Of a stretch of DNA of 64,000 nucleotides, positions 26,663-39,232 are shown one piece after another. This DNA is from Octopus vulgaris (Eukaryota), in assembly GCA_951406725.2 (NCBI GenBank), contig OX597815.1:192262001-192326000 (forward strand). The letters run 5' to 3'. The translations under genes and the position numbers were made by a program. The notes under the pieces were generated by a model. It worked only from the letters and a program-made list of their open reading frames with translations. It searched no databases and had not been told where the DNA came from. Numbering within the stretch: the stretch's first letter is position 1; the number at the start of each line of letters is the position of its first letter.

Positions 26663-27033
26663 GAGCACTCAGAGAGCGCAAACCTCCGCCAAGGCAACAC
26701 CAACAACCTCTCAACGATTAGCCGGAGATGATTTTTAAAATGTGAATATCTGAAATAAACTCGACTGCTCTCACAAAAGAGAATACTAAAAATGAACCCA
26801 ACTGCTCTAAAACATTATGTAAAAAAAAAAAACAGGAAAAATAATCCAGAATCCTTGTCTGGTACTGGATCGATACCAAAATCTAACCAGTTTGTGCCAG
26901 TCACAAGGCCAAACATCACTGGAAGTTTAATCTGAATCCATCCAGTGGTTCTTGAGATATCTTGTCCATGGACAAACGAACAAGCAAACACGACTGAAAA
27001 CAATACCTCTGCTTTCGCTAAGGTTGAGGTAAT
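26661..27033 (-). mobile_element. Helentron-associated non-autonomous element (HINE-like)
   Basis: Minus strand starts attacctc..agcgaaagcagaggt and ends ccttggcggaggt followed by the hairpin gcgctctctgagtgc; subterminal inverted repeat plus 3' stem-loop architecture. Confidence 0.65.
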
Positions 27034-27202
27034 GATAATAATAATAATCCTTTCTACTAGAGATAAGAAGGGGAAAGAAGAGAGAGAGCTAACACTTGAT
27101 CATTCTAGAACTCCCAGGATAAAAATGTAAACACCTAAGAAACTTTTCCTCTATACATTACTAAAAGTCTTTCTCTCTTCTTCATTGTTAAAAGTATATA
27201 TA

Positions 27203-27527
27203 GGAGCACTCTGTCAGTTACGACAACGAGGGTCCCCACTGATATGATCAACGGAACAGCTTGCTCGTGAAATTAACGTGCAAGTGACTGAGCAATCCAC
27301 AGACACGTGTACCCCTAACGTAGTTCTTGGGGAGATTCAGAGTGACACAGAGTGTGACAAGGCCGGCCCTTTGAAATACAGGTACAACTCATTTTTGCCA
27401 GCTGAGTGGACTGGAGCAACGTGAAATAAAGTGTCTTGCTCAAGGACACAACGCGTCGCCGGGAATCAAACTCATGACCTTACAATCGTGAGCCGAATGC
27501 CCTAACCACTAAGCCACGTGCCTTCAC
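27203..27527 (-). mobile_element. CORE-like SINE family C
   Basis: tRNA-like head at the right end and CORE-like block; tail shared with ~13060-13140. Confidence 0.8.
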
Positions 27528-27804
27528 TTTGTTAAAAGTAAAGAAGCTGGAAAAGAGCGATCGTATTTCAGTCTAATTGTCATTATAAATGACTGAGGCT
27601 TTCCTTTCTCTCTCTCTCTATCATTTCACTCCTTTTCTCTACGGTTAAGAGAGTGAAGGTGCATGGCTCAGTGGTTGGGGGTATTCAACCCACAATCGTA
27701 AAGTCATGAGTACGATTCCCTGTGGTGCACCGTTTTTTAGCAAGGTGCTCTACTTCACCTTGCTACAATCCATTCATCTGGCAAAAATGAGTTGTAACTG
27801 TAAT

Positions 27805-28132
27805 TCATAGCCATGTGTTGAAAGGAATTTTTGGGGGTTTGGATAATTCACCTTTGGAAACATGGGTGTGTGTCATTCAACATCTTCAAACAACCCTTAT
27901 TCAGGGACATTTTGAGCAGAATGAGCTATTTGACCTGAAGAAAATTCTAATTGGGTCCCACCTGCAATGTTATGCACTGTATATCTTGATATGAGAACAC
28001 CATGTTGCGCACATGTGGTTGTGATGCATGTGCCTGGTGTAGCCTCATCATGGTGTAGTTATGATGGGTATACTGGGTTTTGTATATTTGTACCCTAGTG
28101 TCACTTTGATGGCATGCACTACTCTCTCACTC
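27805..28132. repeat. Unclassified interspersed repeat (second copy at 52742-53080)
   Basis: catagccatgtgttga...ggcatgcact.ctctctcact present twice, both next to (AAT)n. Confidence 0.8.
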
Positions 28133-28149
28133 AATAATAATAACAATAA

Positions 28150-28766
28150 TAATGGTTTTAAATTTTGCCACATGGGCAGCTATTTTGGAGCAGGGGATGA
28201 GCCGATTACATTGATCCCAGTATGCAACTGGTACTTAATTTATTGACCCTGAAAGGATGAAAAGCGAAGTTGACCATGGCAGAATTTGAACTCAGAATGT
28301 AAAGACAGAAAAAATGCCTGGCATGCTAACAATTCTGCCAACTCACCACCTTAAATAATCTCTTCTACAATTGGTACAGGGCCTGAAATTTGGCGGGAGG
28401 GGGTAAGTCGATTACATCGACCCCAGTGCATAAATGGTACTTATTTGATCACCCTCCCACCCAAAAAAAAGGCTGAAAGGCAAAGTCGACGTTGGTGGAA
28501 TTTGAACTCAGAACGTAAAGACAGATGAAATACCTGTTTCTTTATTACCCACAAGGGGCTAAACATTGAGGGGACAAACAAGGACAGACATAGGTATTAA
28601 GTCAATTACATCGACCCCAGTGCATAACTGGTACTTATTTAATCGACCCTGAAAGGATAAAAGGCAAAGTCGACCTTGGTGGAATTTGAACTCAGAATGC
28701 AGCGGCAGATGAAATACCGCTAAGCATTTCGCCCGGCATGCTAACGTTTCTGCCAGCTCGCCGCCT
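28150..28766 (-). mobile_element. Cluster/multimer of SINE family B
   Basis: Three body units on the minus strand. Confidence 0.85.
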
Positions 28767-29287
28767 TGAATGGTAAAAATAATAATGACAATAATACAAA
28801 TAATAATAATCTTGATGGTTTATTTTTTTTTCTATTTATGACTTTATGATTTATATACAATTTGTATGAAAGACTTATAAACATCTTCGATGCATAAAAA
28901 ATGCATTTACTTTCCACATTAAGTGATAAACAGAAAATGTTTACATAATTCCGAGCTATATTATTCATCATTAACCTGTATAGTTTTTCAACAAAAAGCT
29001 AAATAGATATTTCAAGATATGTTAATAAGGGCTGAAAAGGAAAAAAAAAAAATGAAAGAAGAAAAAAATTTAAAAAAAAATTTTTTTTTTGAAAATAAAA
29101 TGACTAAAATTTTCTTCTTACTATATTTTCTTTCAGTTAAACCTTCATTTTGCTACTTTCATGTTTATATTCAGCTTTGAATTTTAAAATTTCTTTTATT
29201 AAGATATTGCTAAATATTTTTTTCCTGTTGACCATTTTTATCTTTAAGAATGAAATCTTATTTGTATTTGGTTATTTTGAAGTTTTG

Positions 29288-29344
<57 letters not shown>

Positions 29345-29404
29345 ATTCATGTATATATATGTATATGTATGTGCATGTAAATATATATATATATATATAT
29401 ATAT

Positions 29405-29800
29405 AGGGAGAATTCATGAAAAAAATAAAAGACGAAGACGGGTGTGTAAACAACAAACAGATGTATTAGTTTAATGCTCAGGAATTGAAAAAAGTCATTT
29501 ACGTTTCGAGCCTATGCTCTTCCACAGAAAGGAACATAGAAAGAAACAAGGAGAGAAAAAAAATGTGTGTAGTGGTTACCGATCTATCATGGCGACTGCT
29601 GGACAGAAAGGTCACACAAGAGAGCGAAGAAGTAGGGGAGATAAAAAAAGTAAAAGTGATCCCAAACGAAGGTGCGTGTGTGTGTCGGAGGTTGAGGAAG
29701 TGTTTCAGTGCACGCAGCCCCTTGTGGTGAGGGATCACTGTGTAAAGGCTCTGGATGTCAAGAGTGAAAGGAGAAGCATTGGTACCCTAGGCTAAAGAAG
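29405..29800 (-). mobile_element. Neptune-like Penelope element: RT fragment plus pseudo-LTR
   Basis: Minus strand ~29690-29775 reads FTLDIQSLYTVIPHHKGLRALKHFL (RT motif A); pLTR at 29405-29590 is repeated at 35618 and 42057; abuts (TA)n. Confidence 0.8.
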
Positions 29801-29899
29801 GTCTTCACCCATGTATGGTGTTGTTATCTGTTAGGTGGGATATGGAAGGTTTAATCCACTTTGAACTTTTAAACCCAAACCAAACGATAACAAGGGAGA

Positions 29900-30338
29900 T
29901 CTACTGTGAGCAGCTTGAGTGGCTTAAGTCAGTGCCAGAAGAAAAATGACCATCTTTGGTTTCAAAAGGTGTTCTTCTATCAGGATAATGCTCAGCCACA
30001 TACAGCAAGGATGACATTCCAAAAGAAGGAGCAGTTTGAATGGGAAACGATGCCCCACCCACCATATTCGCCAGACATTGCCCCGTCTGATTATCGTTTA
30101 TTCTGCAGTCTTCAAAATCATTTGGATGGGAAAAATATGAATTCTGTAGACAAGGTGAGAACAGTACTGGAGGAATATTTTTTGTCATGGATAAGTGAAT
30201 TTTGGAACCAGATAGATGGAAAAGCATTGTAGAAAATGATGGAGAGTATATTTTAGATCAAAAAAGAAGTTCGTTTATCTTCATTTTGAAAAATAACAGG
30301 AGTATAAAATAACCGGAATTATTTATAGGATGACTCAG
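29900..30338 (+). mobile_element. Mariner transposase 3' fragment
   Basis: QDNAQPH...HPPYSPDIAPSDYRLF motifs; TIR-like end followed by TA. Confidence 0.88.
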
Positions 30339-30364
30339 TATATACACATATGCAAAAGTACATA

Positions 30365-30396
<32 letters not shown>

Positions 30397-30553
30397 CATA
30401 CATACATATATATACATACATACATATATATACATACATACACATACATACATATACATACATACATACATATACATACATACATATACATACATACATA
30501 TACATACATACATATACATACATACATATACATACATACATATACATACATAC

Positions 30554-30602
<49 letters not shown>
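30339..30602. repeat. (TACA)n/(TA)n microsatellite
   Basis: Directly visible. Confidence 0.97.
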
Positions 30603-31348
30603 AATAGATGTGAGTGTATGTGTGTGCATGAATAGTCCTCCACCACAATCGCCACCAATAACCTACCCTTTTTTTTGCCTCTCTGTCACTAATTTTTTCT
30701 GTTGAATATTTCATTCACAGTCTATGTTATGTTACCATTCCCCCCCTCCTCTTTCTTCCCTTTTCTACACTATTCCATGTACTTCTTAATGACTCATACA
30801 TTCTATTTGGCACTGAACTTGGAATCAATAATATTTTAACCATTTTCTGTGTTTGGAATTTTTTTGTCATTTTTTCTTCTACTGAAATAATGCTGAATAA
30901 AATATATATTTTTCTTAACAAAACCCGTTTTTTAACCTTTTCATTTATTTTTTAAAATTGTTATTTGTGTATTTTATTCAGTTTATGCAATTCTATTCCA
31001 TCCTGACATGAGATGTATTCAAATTTCTACACTGAAAATTTATCATATTAGCTGTTTACAGTTCGGTTCTTTTGGTGGTCCATTGCAACACTCTGTCTGT
31101 CTGTCTGTCCTTGCAGGTTCTGCTGCCAGCTAGCTGTTTAATACCAAGTCAGTTCAGATTCAGTAGACCTCTGATCCATCATCTTCTGCATTGTCATCAT
31201 CATCATCATCATTATCTTTGTCTTCATTGTCATCATCCTCTTCTTCCTTCCCCTCCTCACCACCACCATCATCATAATCATCATCATCATCATTTTAATG
31301 TCCACTTTTCATGGCTGTCACATAGGTTGGACTAGATTTGTGTTAAGG

Positions 31349-31735
31349 AAGGCGGCGAGCTGGCAGAAACGTTAGCACGTCGGGCGAAATGCGTAGCCGT
31401 ATTTCGTCTGCCGTTACGTTCTGAGTTCAAATTCCACCGAGGTCGACTTTACCTTTCATCCTTTCGGGGTCGATAAATTAAGTACCAGTTACACACTGGG
31501 GTCGATGTAATCGACTTAGTTCGTTTGTCTGTCCTTGTTTGTCCTCTCTGTGTTTAGCCCCTTGTGGGTAGTAAAGAAATAGGTATTTCATCTGTCTTTA
31601 CGTTGAGTTCAAATTCCACCGAAGTCAACTTTGCTTTTCATCTTTTTGGGGTCGATAAATTAAGTATTTTGGGGGTCGATCTAATCGACTAGTCCCCTCC
31701 TGCCAAAGTTTCGGGCCTTGTGCCCAGAGTAGAGA
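31349..31735 (+). mobile_element. SINE family B dimer, CpG-rich first unit
   Basis: Complete head aaggcggcgagctggcagaaacgttagcacg followed by a second headless unit. Confidence 0.9.
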
Positions 31736-32964
31736 AATATATTTGTGTTAAGGTTAAGTTTTCTATGGCCGGATGTCCTTTCAGTCACCAGCCCTCATCC
31801 GTTTCCAAGCAATATCCCCCCCTACCCCGCCCCTAACCAGACGTGTTTTGCGCAAATGAATGGGAATGAAGGACACCGCTTGCATGACAGTGACACTCAT
31901 TTACAACTATCACTTGAAGTCAAGGCAAGGAAACAGTGACAAACCTCCTGCACTGTTGGGTTCACAATCATGAGGTAGTGAGTTCGATTCCTAAACCGGG
32001 TGGCATGTTGTGTTCTTGAGCAAGACACTTTATTTCATGTTGCTTCAGTTCATTCAGCTGTAGAAATGAGTTGCAATATCCCTGATGCCAAGCTGTATTG
32101 ACCTTTGCCTTATCTGTTGCATAACATGGGTGATGTGAAGAGGGAAGGCTGGTATGGTTGAACCGTCCAACCCATGCTACCATGGAAAACGGACGTTAAA
32201 TGATGATGATGATGATAGTGTGTGTGTGTGTTATTTAGAATATTTCAAGAAAATATTTTTGTCAGAGCTCAATTTCAGCAATAGAAATAATCAACGCAAT
32301 TTTAAATCAAAAAGTACTGAAGGGTTAACTGTTTAGAAAGAGACAAGGAATAAAAGAACGATCCAATTAGCATCTTTTGAAATGACTGTCAGAAACAATT
32401 CCTCTAGCTGTTAGACACAACATGCAAAAAGAAAAAAAAAAACAAAAAAGAAATCCAAAAAATTATGGCAGTTCTTTTGGAAAGATGAAGCTAATTGCAG
32501 ATAGAGAAATTGTACTTGTTGAAGAAGAAAAATTGCATTCTGACTTAAAACTTTCAGAAATCCTAGGGTTCCACATATTTATTTATTGATGTCAGCTTTT
32601 TGTGCTAACAAGAGAGCTTTTGCATCGTTAATGCTTGATTTCCTAAATTTAGCTGTCAAATTTCTCTCAGCAAGTTGTCCCATTGCTTACGGAATAAGAA
32701 CTGTGTATGTTTTTAAGTGCTCAATCTTTTATGTTAAAGCTTAGAGATAGGGACAGGCATGTTTAGGGGTATTTGTAAAAAAGGGGGGAAAAAAACAAAT
32801 CTGTTTTGTTCCATCAGTCATTAATCTCCTCAAGGACTAATTGGAAGCTAACAATGACGACCACAACTACTACTACGATGACAACAATAATAATTACAAC
32901 AACAACATCAATGACAATGACAGCAACAGCAATAATGGCAACTACAAGAAAAAGGTTATGGACA

Positions 32965-33301
32965 GTCCCCCTCTCCCCTCTTCTCCTCTTCTCTCACTGC
33001 CTCTTCTCTCCCTCCCTCTTCTCCTCTCCCTCCCACTCCTCCTCCCTCCCTCTTCTCCTCTCCCTCCCACTCCTCCTCCCTCATTCTCTCCATCTTCTCC
33101 TCCCACTCCTCCTCCCTCCATCTCTCCATCTTCTCCTCCCCTCTGCTTCTCTCCCTCCCTGTTCTCCTCCTCCTCCCCTCGTCTTCTCTCCCTCTCTCTT
33201 CTTCTCCTCTCCTCTCTTCCTCCTTCCCTCTTCTCTCCCTCCCTCTTCTTCCCCTCTCCTTCCTCCCATCAAGCTCCTTCGCATCTCCCTCCCTCCCTCC
33301 T
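32965..33301. repeat. CT-rich polypyrimidine low-complexity tract
   Basis: Directly visible. Confidence 0.95.
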
Positions 33302-33815
33302 CAAGGCAAAAGTTGATTGGTGGTTGTGGTAGGAGGCAATAATTTATATTGGCAGAGAGATTAAGGCATTAAGTTCATGACTTACAATAGAAGAGTTCAA
33401 ATCCAGGCAGTGAAATTGCATTATATTCTTAGGCAAGATACTCCCATATAACGACTGAGCGGAAATGTCCTGTAACTCTCAATATTCACTGGAATTACTC
33501 TTTCAAACAGTGTCTTTGAGTCGTGTGTTGAGTGTAAACCCACTCTGTCACGAATTGAAACCATACTCGAGAAAGTTCACATTACTCATAAAAAGATTTG
33601 AACCCTCTTTAAGAAACTAACATCAGAAAGGCTAACAAGCTGGGAAACAGGCCCTAAACACTTGCAGTGGCTCTGTGGTAAGAAGTTTGCTTTCCAACCA
33701 CATAGTTTCAGTTTCAATCCCATGGCATGGCAACTTGGGCCAATGTCTTTTACTATAGCTTCGGAATGACCAAAGCCTTGTGAATGGATTTGGCAGATGG
33801 AAACTGAAAGAAACC

Positions 33816-33897
<82 letters not shown>

Positions 33898-33952
33898 TAA
33901 GGAAATGGAGATATAGCATTTAATAAAAATTTATTATCTGCAAAAATCAAAC

Positions 33953-34042
33953 AGTCCCTTACAGCTGTTTCGATTAAGCCTAAAAAATTTAAATAGCAAT
34001 TATCAAAATCATTATATTAGGCAAAATCTCTTCAGAGGAGTA
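33953..34042 (-). ncRNA. Type I hammerhead ribozyme motif (Penelope pLTR type)
   Basis: TCCT-CTGAAGA-GATT..GCCTAA..TTAGGC..AATC-GAAAC-AGCT-GTA-AGGG: full catalytic core and palindromic stem III. Confidence 0.8.
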
Positions 34043-34141
34043 GAAGATATACCGTTGGGTTTTTGTATGTTGTATTTTAGATACCATCCCTTAATTAAGG
34101 CTAATTTAACTTCTCGTAGAATATACACACACACATATATG

Positions 34142-34380
34142 TGGAGGCACGTGGCTCAGTGGTTAGGGTGTTAGAATCATGATTGTAAGATTGTGGTTTC
34201 GATTCCTGGACCAGGCGACGCGTTGTGTTCTTGAGCAAAACACTTAATTTCACATTGCTCCAGTCCACTCAGCTGGCAAAAATTAGTAACGCTGCGATGG
34301 ACTGGTGTCCTGTCCAGCTGGGGAACACATACGCCACAGAAACCGGGCCCATGAGCCTGGCTAGGCTTTAAAAAGGGTGC
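34142..34380 (+). mobile_element. CORE-like SINE family C, full length
   Basis: A box tggctcagtgg, B-box-like gtttcgattcc, CORE-like gtgttcttgagcaaaacacttaatttcac. Confidence 0.85.
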
Positions 34381-35617
34381 ATATATATATATATATATAT
34401 ATATACAGAGAGAGAGAGAGAGAGAGAGATAAATAAAGTATAGTAAAGAAGGGAAAATTAGAAGTGTAGATGTTACTTTATTCCAAGTTGGTGCATATAT
34501 ACAATAAAAACTCTACAAGTTGTTTCAAAGACTAATTAATTCAAAACAAAATGAAATATAATCCTTTTGAAATCATATAGTGTGTCTATGTGTGTGTGTC
34601 TTTGTCTGTGTCACCCAAGTGTTGTTTGACAACTGGTGTTGGTGTGTTTACATCCCCATAGTGTAGCAGTTCAACAAAAGTGACCAATAGAATAAGTATC
34701 AAGCTTCAAAAAAAGCAAAATAACTACTAGAGTCAATTCATCAAACTAAAAATCTATTCAGGGTGATGCCCCAGCATGGCCGCAGTCCAACGACTGAAAC
34801 AAGTAAAGGATAGAAGAAAAGATGAATTAGCAGAACTAGCTAAAGCAATGAAAGAAAGAAACGTTAAATATTTCAAAACCATTCATATTTACTTTGCTTT
34901 GTGAATCACAGACAAGAATATGCCAGAAGAATATGTTGCCAGTTGAGTTTGCTTGTTACTGTGCTGGAAATAATGTGCTGTGAGCTTATAAGCTGACACT
35001 TCTAATGCACTTCGTGTCTTTCATGCAAATCAAAAAAAGAAACATGGATTCTTAATATCAAAATTTATTGTTAGATGAGAGCTGTAGATGACCAAGACAG
35101 TAAGTATAAGATAAGATGCTTTCTTATTTAATGAATGGTTGTTGTTGCTGCATTAATAATGAAATAAATGGGAAGATGGATTAATGGGTGAGGGAGAAGT
35201 CATTGCCTTCCTTTTATTAGGTTTATTGCTGAAAGAGTGTATTGGACATGACCATCCGATGAGGAGCAACAAAGTAACAAGAGAAAGTCCTTTACATGCA
35301 GTAGTTTTGTTGGACAGCTTCTGTAGTTATGGATAGATGGAACATGACTGTCACAACTAATACATAAATCTAAAGAGGGCTTAATACATGAAAGTATTAG
35401 TTTTATCACAATAAATATATAATATCCTATCATTGTAATATTGTAAAATTGTAAAGACTGTAAATAATATAACGTGAAAATCAGACTAAGTTGAAATTTA
35501 TTGATTGATATATTCTTCTGTACACAATCACACAAACTCGGATGTATGTATATATATATATATATATATATATAAACCTGTCATATATATATATATACAC
35601 ACACACATATATATATA

Positions 35618-35790
35618 GGGAGAATTCATGAAAAAAACAAAAGACGAAGACAGGTGGTGTAGAAAACAAGCAGATGTATTAGTATAACGCTCAGGAATTG
35701 AAAAAGTCTTTTACGTTTCGAGCCTACACTCTTCTACAGAAAGGGACACAGAAAAAACAAGGAGAGAAAAAAATGTGGGTAGTGGCTATT
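35618..35790 (-). mobile_element. Solo Penelope pseudo-LTR with hammerhead-like motif
   Basis: Colinear with 29405-29590; motif at 35708-35743. Confidence 0.8.
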
Positions 35791-35982
35791 CAATATAAAA
35801 TAGTACACATTTAAACACAAAGAGAAATTATCTATAACGGGCAATTTCTACGCACTAGGAGACAGTCAAAACAACTGAAGACCACAGAAAAAATTTAAGC
35901 AATTTCAAAGGGAATGAAAAATAAAAACTTTTAACTTGCTTTTTTTTATTTTTCATTCCCTTTGAAATTGCTTTGGTGAGAG

Positions 35983-37060
35983 ATAAATATTAATATACGC
36001 AGTAGATATTTTTGTGAGCAACAAATAGTTTCATGTGATGGAAACATATCAGACAGCATTTTTAACATGTCTGGTGCCTTCACACAATCATCAGGCTGTG
36101 TATGTATACACACATACACACACACAAATGTGCAAGGAGTGTGTGAATGAATGAATGAATAAATATTAAATAATATACGCAGTAGATATTTTTGTGAGCT
36201 ACAAATAGTTTCAAGTGATGAAAACATCTCAGACAGCATTTTTAACATGTCTGGTGTCTTCACACAATCATCAGGCTGTGTGCATGTACACACATACACA
36301 CACACAAATGTGCAAGGAGTATGTGAATGAATGAATGAATAAATATTAAATAATATACGCAGTAGATATTTTTGGGAGCTACAAATAGTTTCATGTGATG
36401 AAAACATCTCAGACAGCATTTTTAACATGTCTGGTGTCTTCACACAATCATCAGGCTGTGTGCGTGTACACACATACACACACACAAATGTGCAAGGAGT
36501 GTGTGAATGAATGAATGAATAAATATTAAATAATATACGCAGTAGATATTTTTGGGAGCTACAAATAGTTTCATGTGATGAAAACATCTCAGACAGCATT
36601 TTTAACATGTCTGGTGTCTTCACACAATCATCAGGCTGTGTGCGTGTACACACATACACACACACAAATGTGCAAGGAGTGTGTGAATGAATGAATGAAT
36701 AAATATTAAATAATATACGCAGTAGATATTTTTGTGAGCTACAAATAGTTTCATGTGATGAAAACATCTCAGACAGCATTTTTAACATGTCTGGTGTCTT
36801 CACACAATCATCAGGCTGTGTGCGTGTACACACATACACACACACAAATGTGCAAGGAGTGTGTGAATGAATGAATGAATAAATATTAAATAATATACGC
36901 AGTAGATATTTTTGTGAGCTACAAATAGTTTCATGTAATGAAAACATCTCAGACAGCATTTATAACATGTCTGGTGTCTTCACACAATCATCAGGCTGTG
37001 TGCGTGTACACACATACACATGCACAAATGTGCAAGGAGTGTGTGAATGAATGAATGAAT
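35983..37060. repeat. 180-bp tandem repeat, ~6 near-identical copies
   Basis: Sequence lines recur every 180 bp (e.g. 36001, 36181, 36361, 36541, 36721, 36901) with few substitutions. Confidence 0.97.
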
Positions 37061-37743
37061 GCAAGTGTCATCTGTTGTGTGGTTTTTAAGTTAGCAGTGC
37101 TTTCAATCATTTGTGTTACAGACACATCATGTTCACAAGTATCTGATTGTTGAACAGTGTCAAATATTGAACTTCGCCTAACTTAAAACCCAACTGTCCA
37201 CCTTTGGTTCTCCTCAATGTCCGTCTTTTTTTCTGTGTCTGGTTCTTGGACATGTCACTCTCTTTATCATAAGGCCAGTGAAATGGCTTCTGAGCTGTTG
37301 GGTGCAAATTTACATCAACAAGCAATGACCAACTGAGCTATTATCTGTGTAATATTGTCTGTAGAAGAAGGGATACCACAATGAATGTTGTGTATCAATG
37401 TCTTAGTTTGGCTGTACCATGGGGAACCTCACAGTGGTGACTCTTCCTCATGCATTCCAGGAGACTACCATTTATATTCTCCCACAGTTACTGTCATGCA
37501 ATGCTAACAATGTCCAACAATGTCCATAACTCCCTATCTATTAAACCCATAGAGTATCTTGGAACATCATAAAAATCAGACTGGACAGAACCCTAGTGAT
37601 GGTATCACCTGAAAAGCCTTCCGTTTTTTTTACATATAATTTTATAGTCTACATTTTTGTTGATATCAATCCTCAATCTTCCAAAATTCTGGTTGTTGTT
37701 GATAAAGAATTTACTGATGGGAAACAAAAGATTTCAGGTTCAA

Positions 37744-38018
37744 ATCATCATCATCATCGTTTAACGTCTGCTTTCCATGCTAGCATGGGTTGGACGATTT
37801 TGACTGAGGGCTGGCAAACCAGATGGCTGCACCAGGCTCCAATCTTGATTTGGCAGAGTTTCTACAGCTGGATGCCCTTCCTAATGCCAACCACTCTGAG
37901 AGTGTAGTGGGTGCTTTTTACATGCCACTGGCATGGGGGCCAGTCAGGCAGTACTGGCAACGACCTCGCTCAAATCTTTTTACACATACCACCAGCACAG
38001 GTGCCAGTAAGGCGACGT
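37744..38018 (-). mobile_element. SINE-like family D
   Basis: (CAT)n tail at left; same body as 1-391. Confidence 0.82.
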
Positions 38019-38160
38019 TGGAAACAAAAAATTCCAGGTTCAAATCAAAATATAGAAAAGAATTTACTAGTTGGGAACCAGAAATTCCAGGTTCAAATCA
38101 AAATATAGAAAAGAATTTACTGGTTGGAAACCAAAAATTCCAGGTTCAAATCAAAACATA
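38018..38160. repeat. 57-bp minisatellite (~2.5 copies; another partial unit at 37705-37748)
   Basis: ttggaaacaaaaattccaggttcaaatcaaaatatagaaaagaatttactag recurs. Confidence 0.9.
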
Positions 38161-38752
38161 GACCTGCTGGACTACAATGACTTCAAATGTTGGTATTTCT
38201 TTTAATCCATCAAAGTCTATCATATTGATCAGGTATTGGAGCACACTAAGTCCCTTGTATCCTACCCTTATAAAAAGATTGACTTTGTGTCTAAGACGAA
38301 AGAAATCAATACTTAAAATATACAGAAAAGTTCATTTACTTGTAAAAGGGGTTTAAGAGATATCTTGAGAAGTCAACCTTTTGTTTTTTATTGTATGTGT
38401 TGAACAGGAAAAATATTGTATGTATCTTCAACTATGCCTAACATAAGTTTGGATTGAGCGTACTATTGAACTATTGATACAAATATAGTTTTCCATTATA
38501 AAGATAATTCCACGGCTTAAATAAGATGGTAAATCTGAAGCATGTCTCAGAAAATACAGTGATCCTTCAAATGCATACAATATTGATTATATTTGCCTTT
38601 ATTTATTTTTTTCAAACTTGCAATAAAAATAATATCTGGATAACTAAAAAAAAAAAGATTAAAAAAAAAAGAGTTGACTTCTTGAATGAAATTTACTGTA
38701 TAATCTGTACTGACAGGAAAGAAATTCCATCTTCTCTTAGAATCAGGTTTTT

Positions 38753-39232
38753 TCTCCTCCTCCTCCTCATCATCATCACAGTCATCGTCATTGTTGTTGT
38801 TGTTGTCATCATCCTATCCTCCTCATCATCATCATTTTCGTCATCATTGTTGTTATCACCATCATCATCGTCGTAGTCATCATCATCGCCATCATCTTCT
38901 TCCTCCTCCTCCTCATCGTTATCATCATCATTATCATCCTCCTACTCATCATTGTTGTTATCATCACCATCATCATCGTCGTAGTCATCATCATCGCCAT
39001 CGACATCATCTTCTTCCTCCTCCTCCTCCTCATCGTTATCATCATCATAATTATCATCCTCCTACTCATCATTGTTGTTATCATTGCCATCACCATAAAC
39101 ATCATCATCGTAGTTACCCTCATCATTACCATCATCATCATTATCATCATCATTGTCATCCTCCTCCTCACTGTTATCATCATCATTATTGTCACCATTA
39201 TCATCATCATCATCCTTATCAACAACATCAAC
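38753..39232. repeat. Degenerate (CAT)n/(CCT)n repeat
   Basis: Directly visible; source of the poly-His/Met/Asp ORFs. Confidence 0.95.

Noticed and set aside
32806-33342. Asn/Asp- and Pro/Ser-rich ORFs resembling extensin
   Set aside because: Product of (AAC/GAC)n plus a CT-rich low-complexity tract
35983-37060. CRISPR-like periodicity
   Set aside because: Whole units repeat with no unique spacers; eukaryotic context and no cas genes
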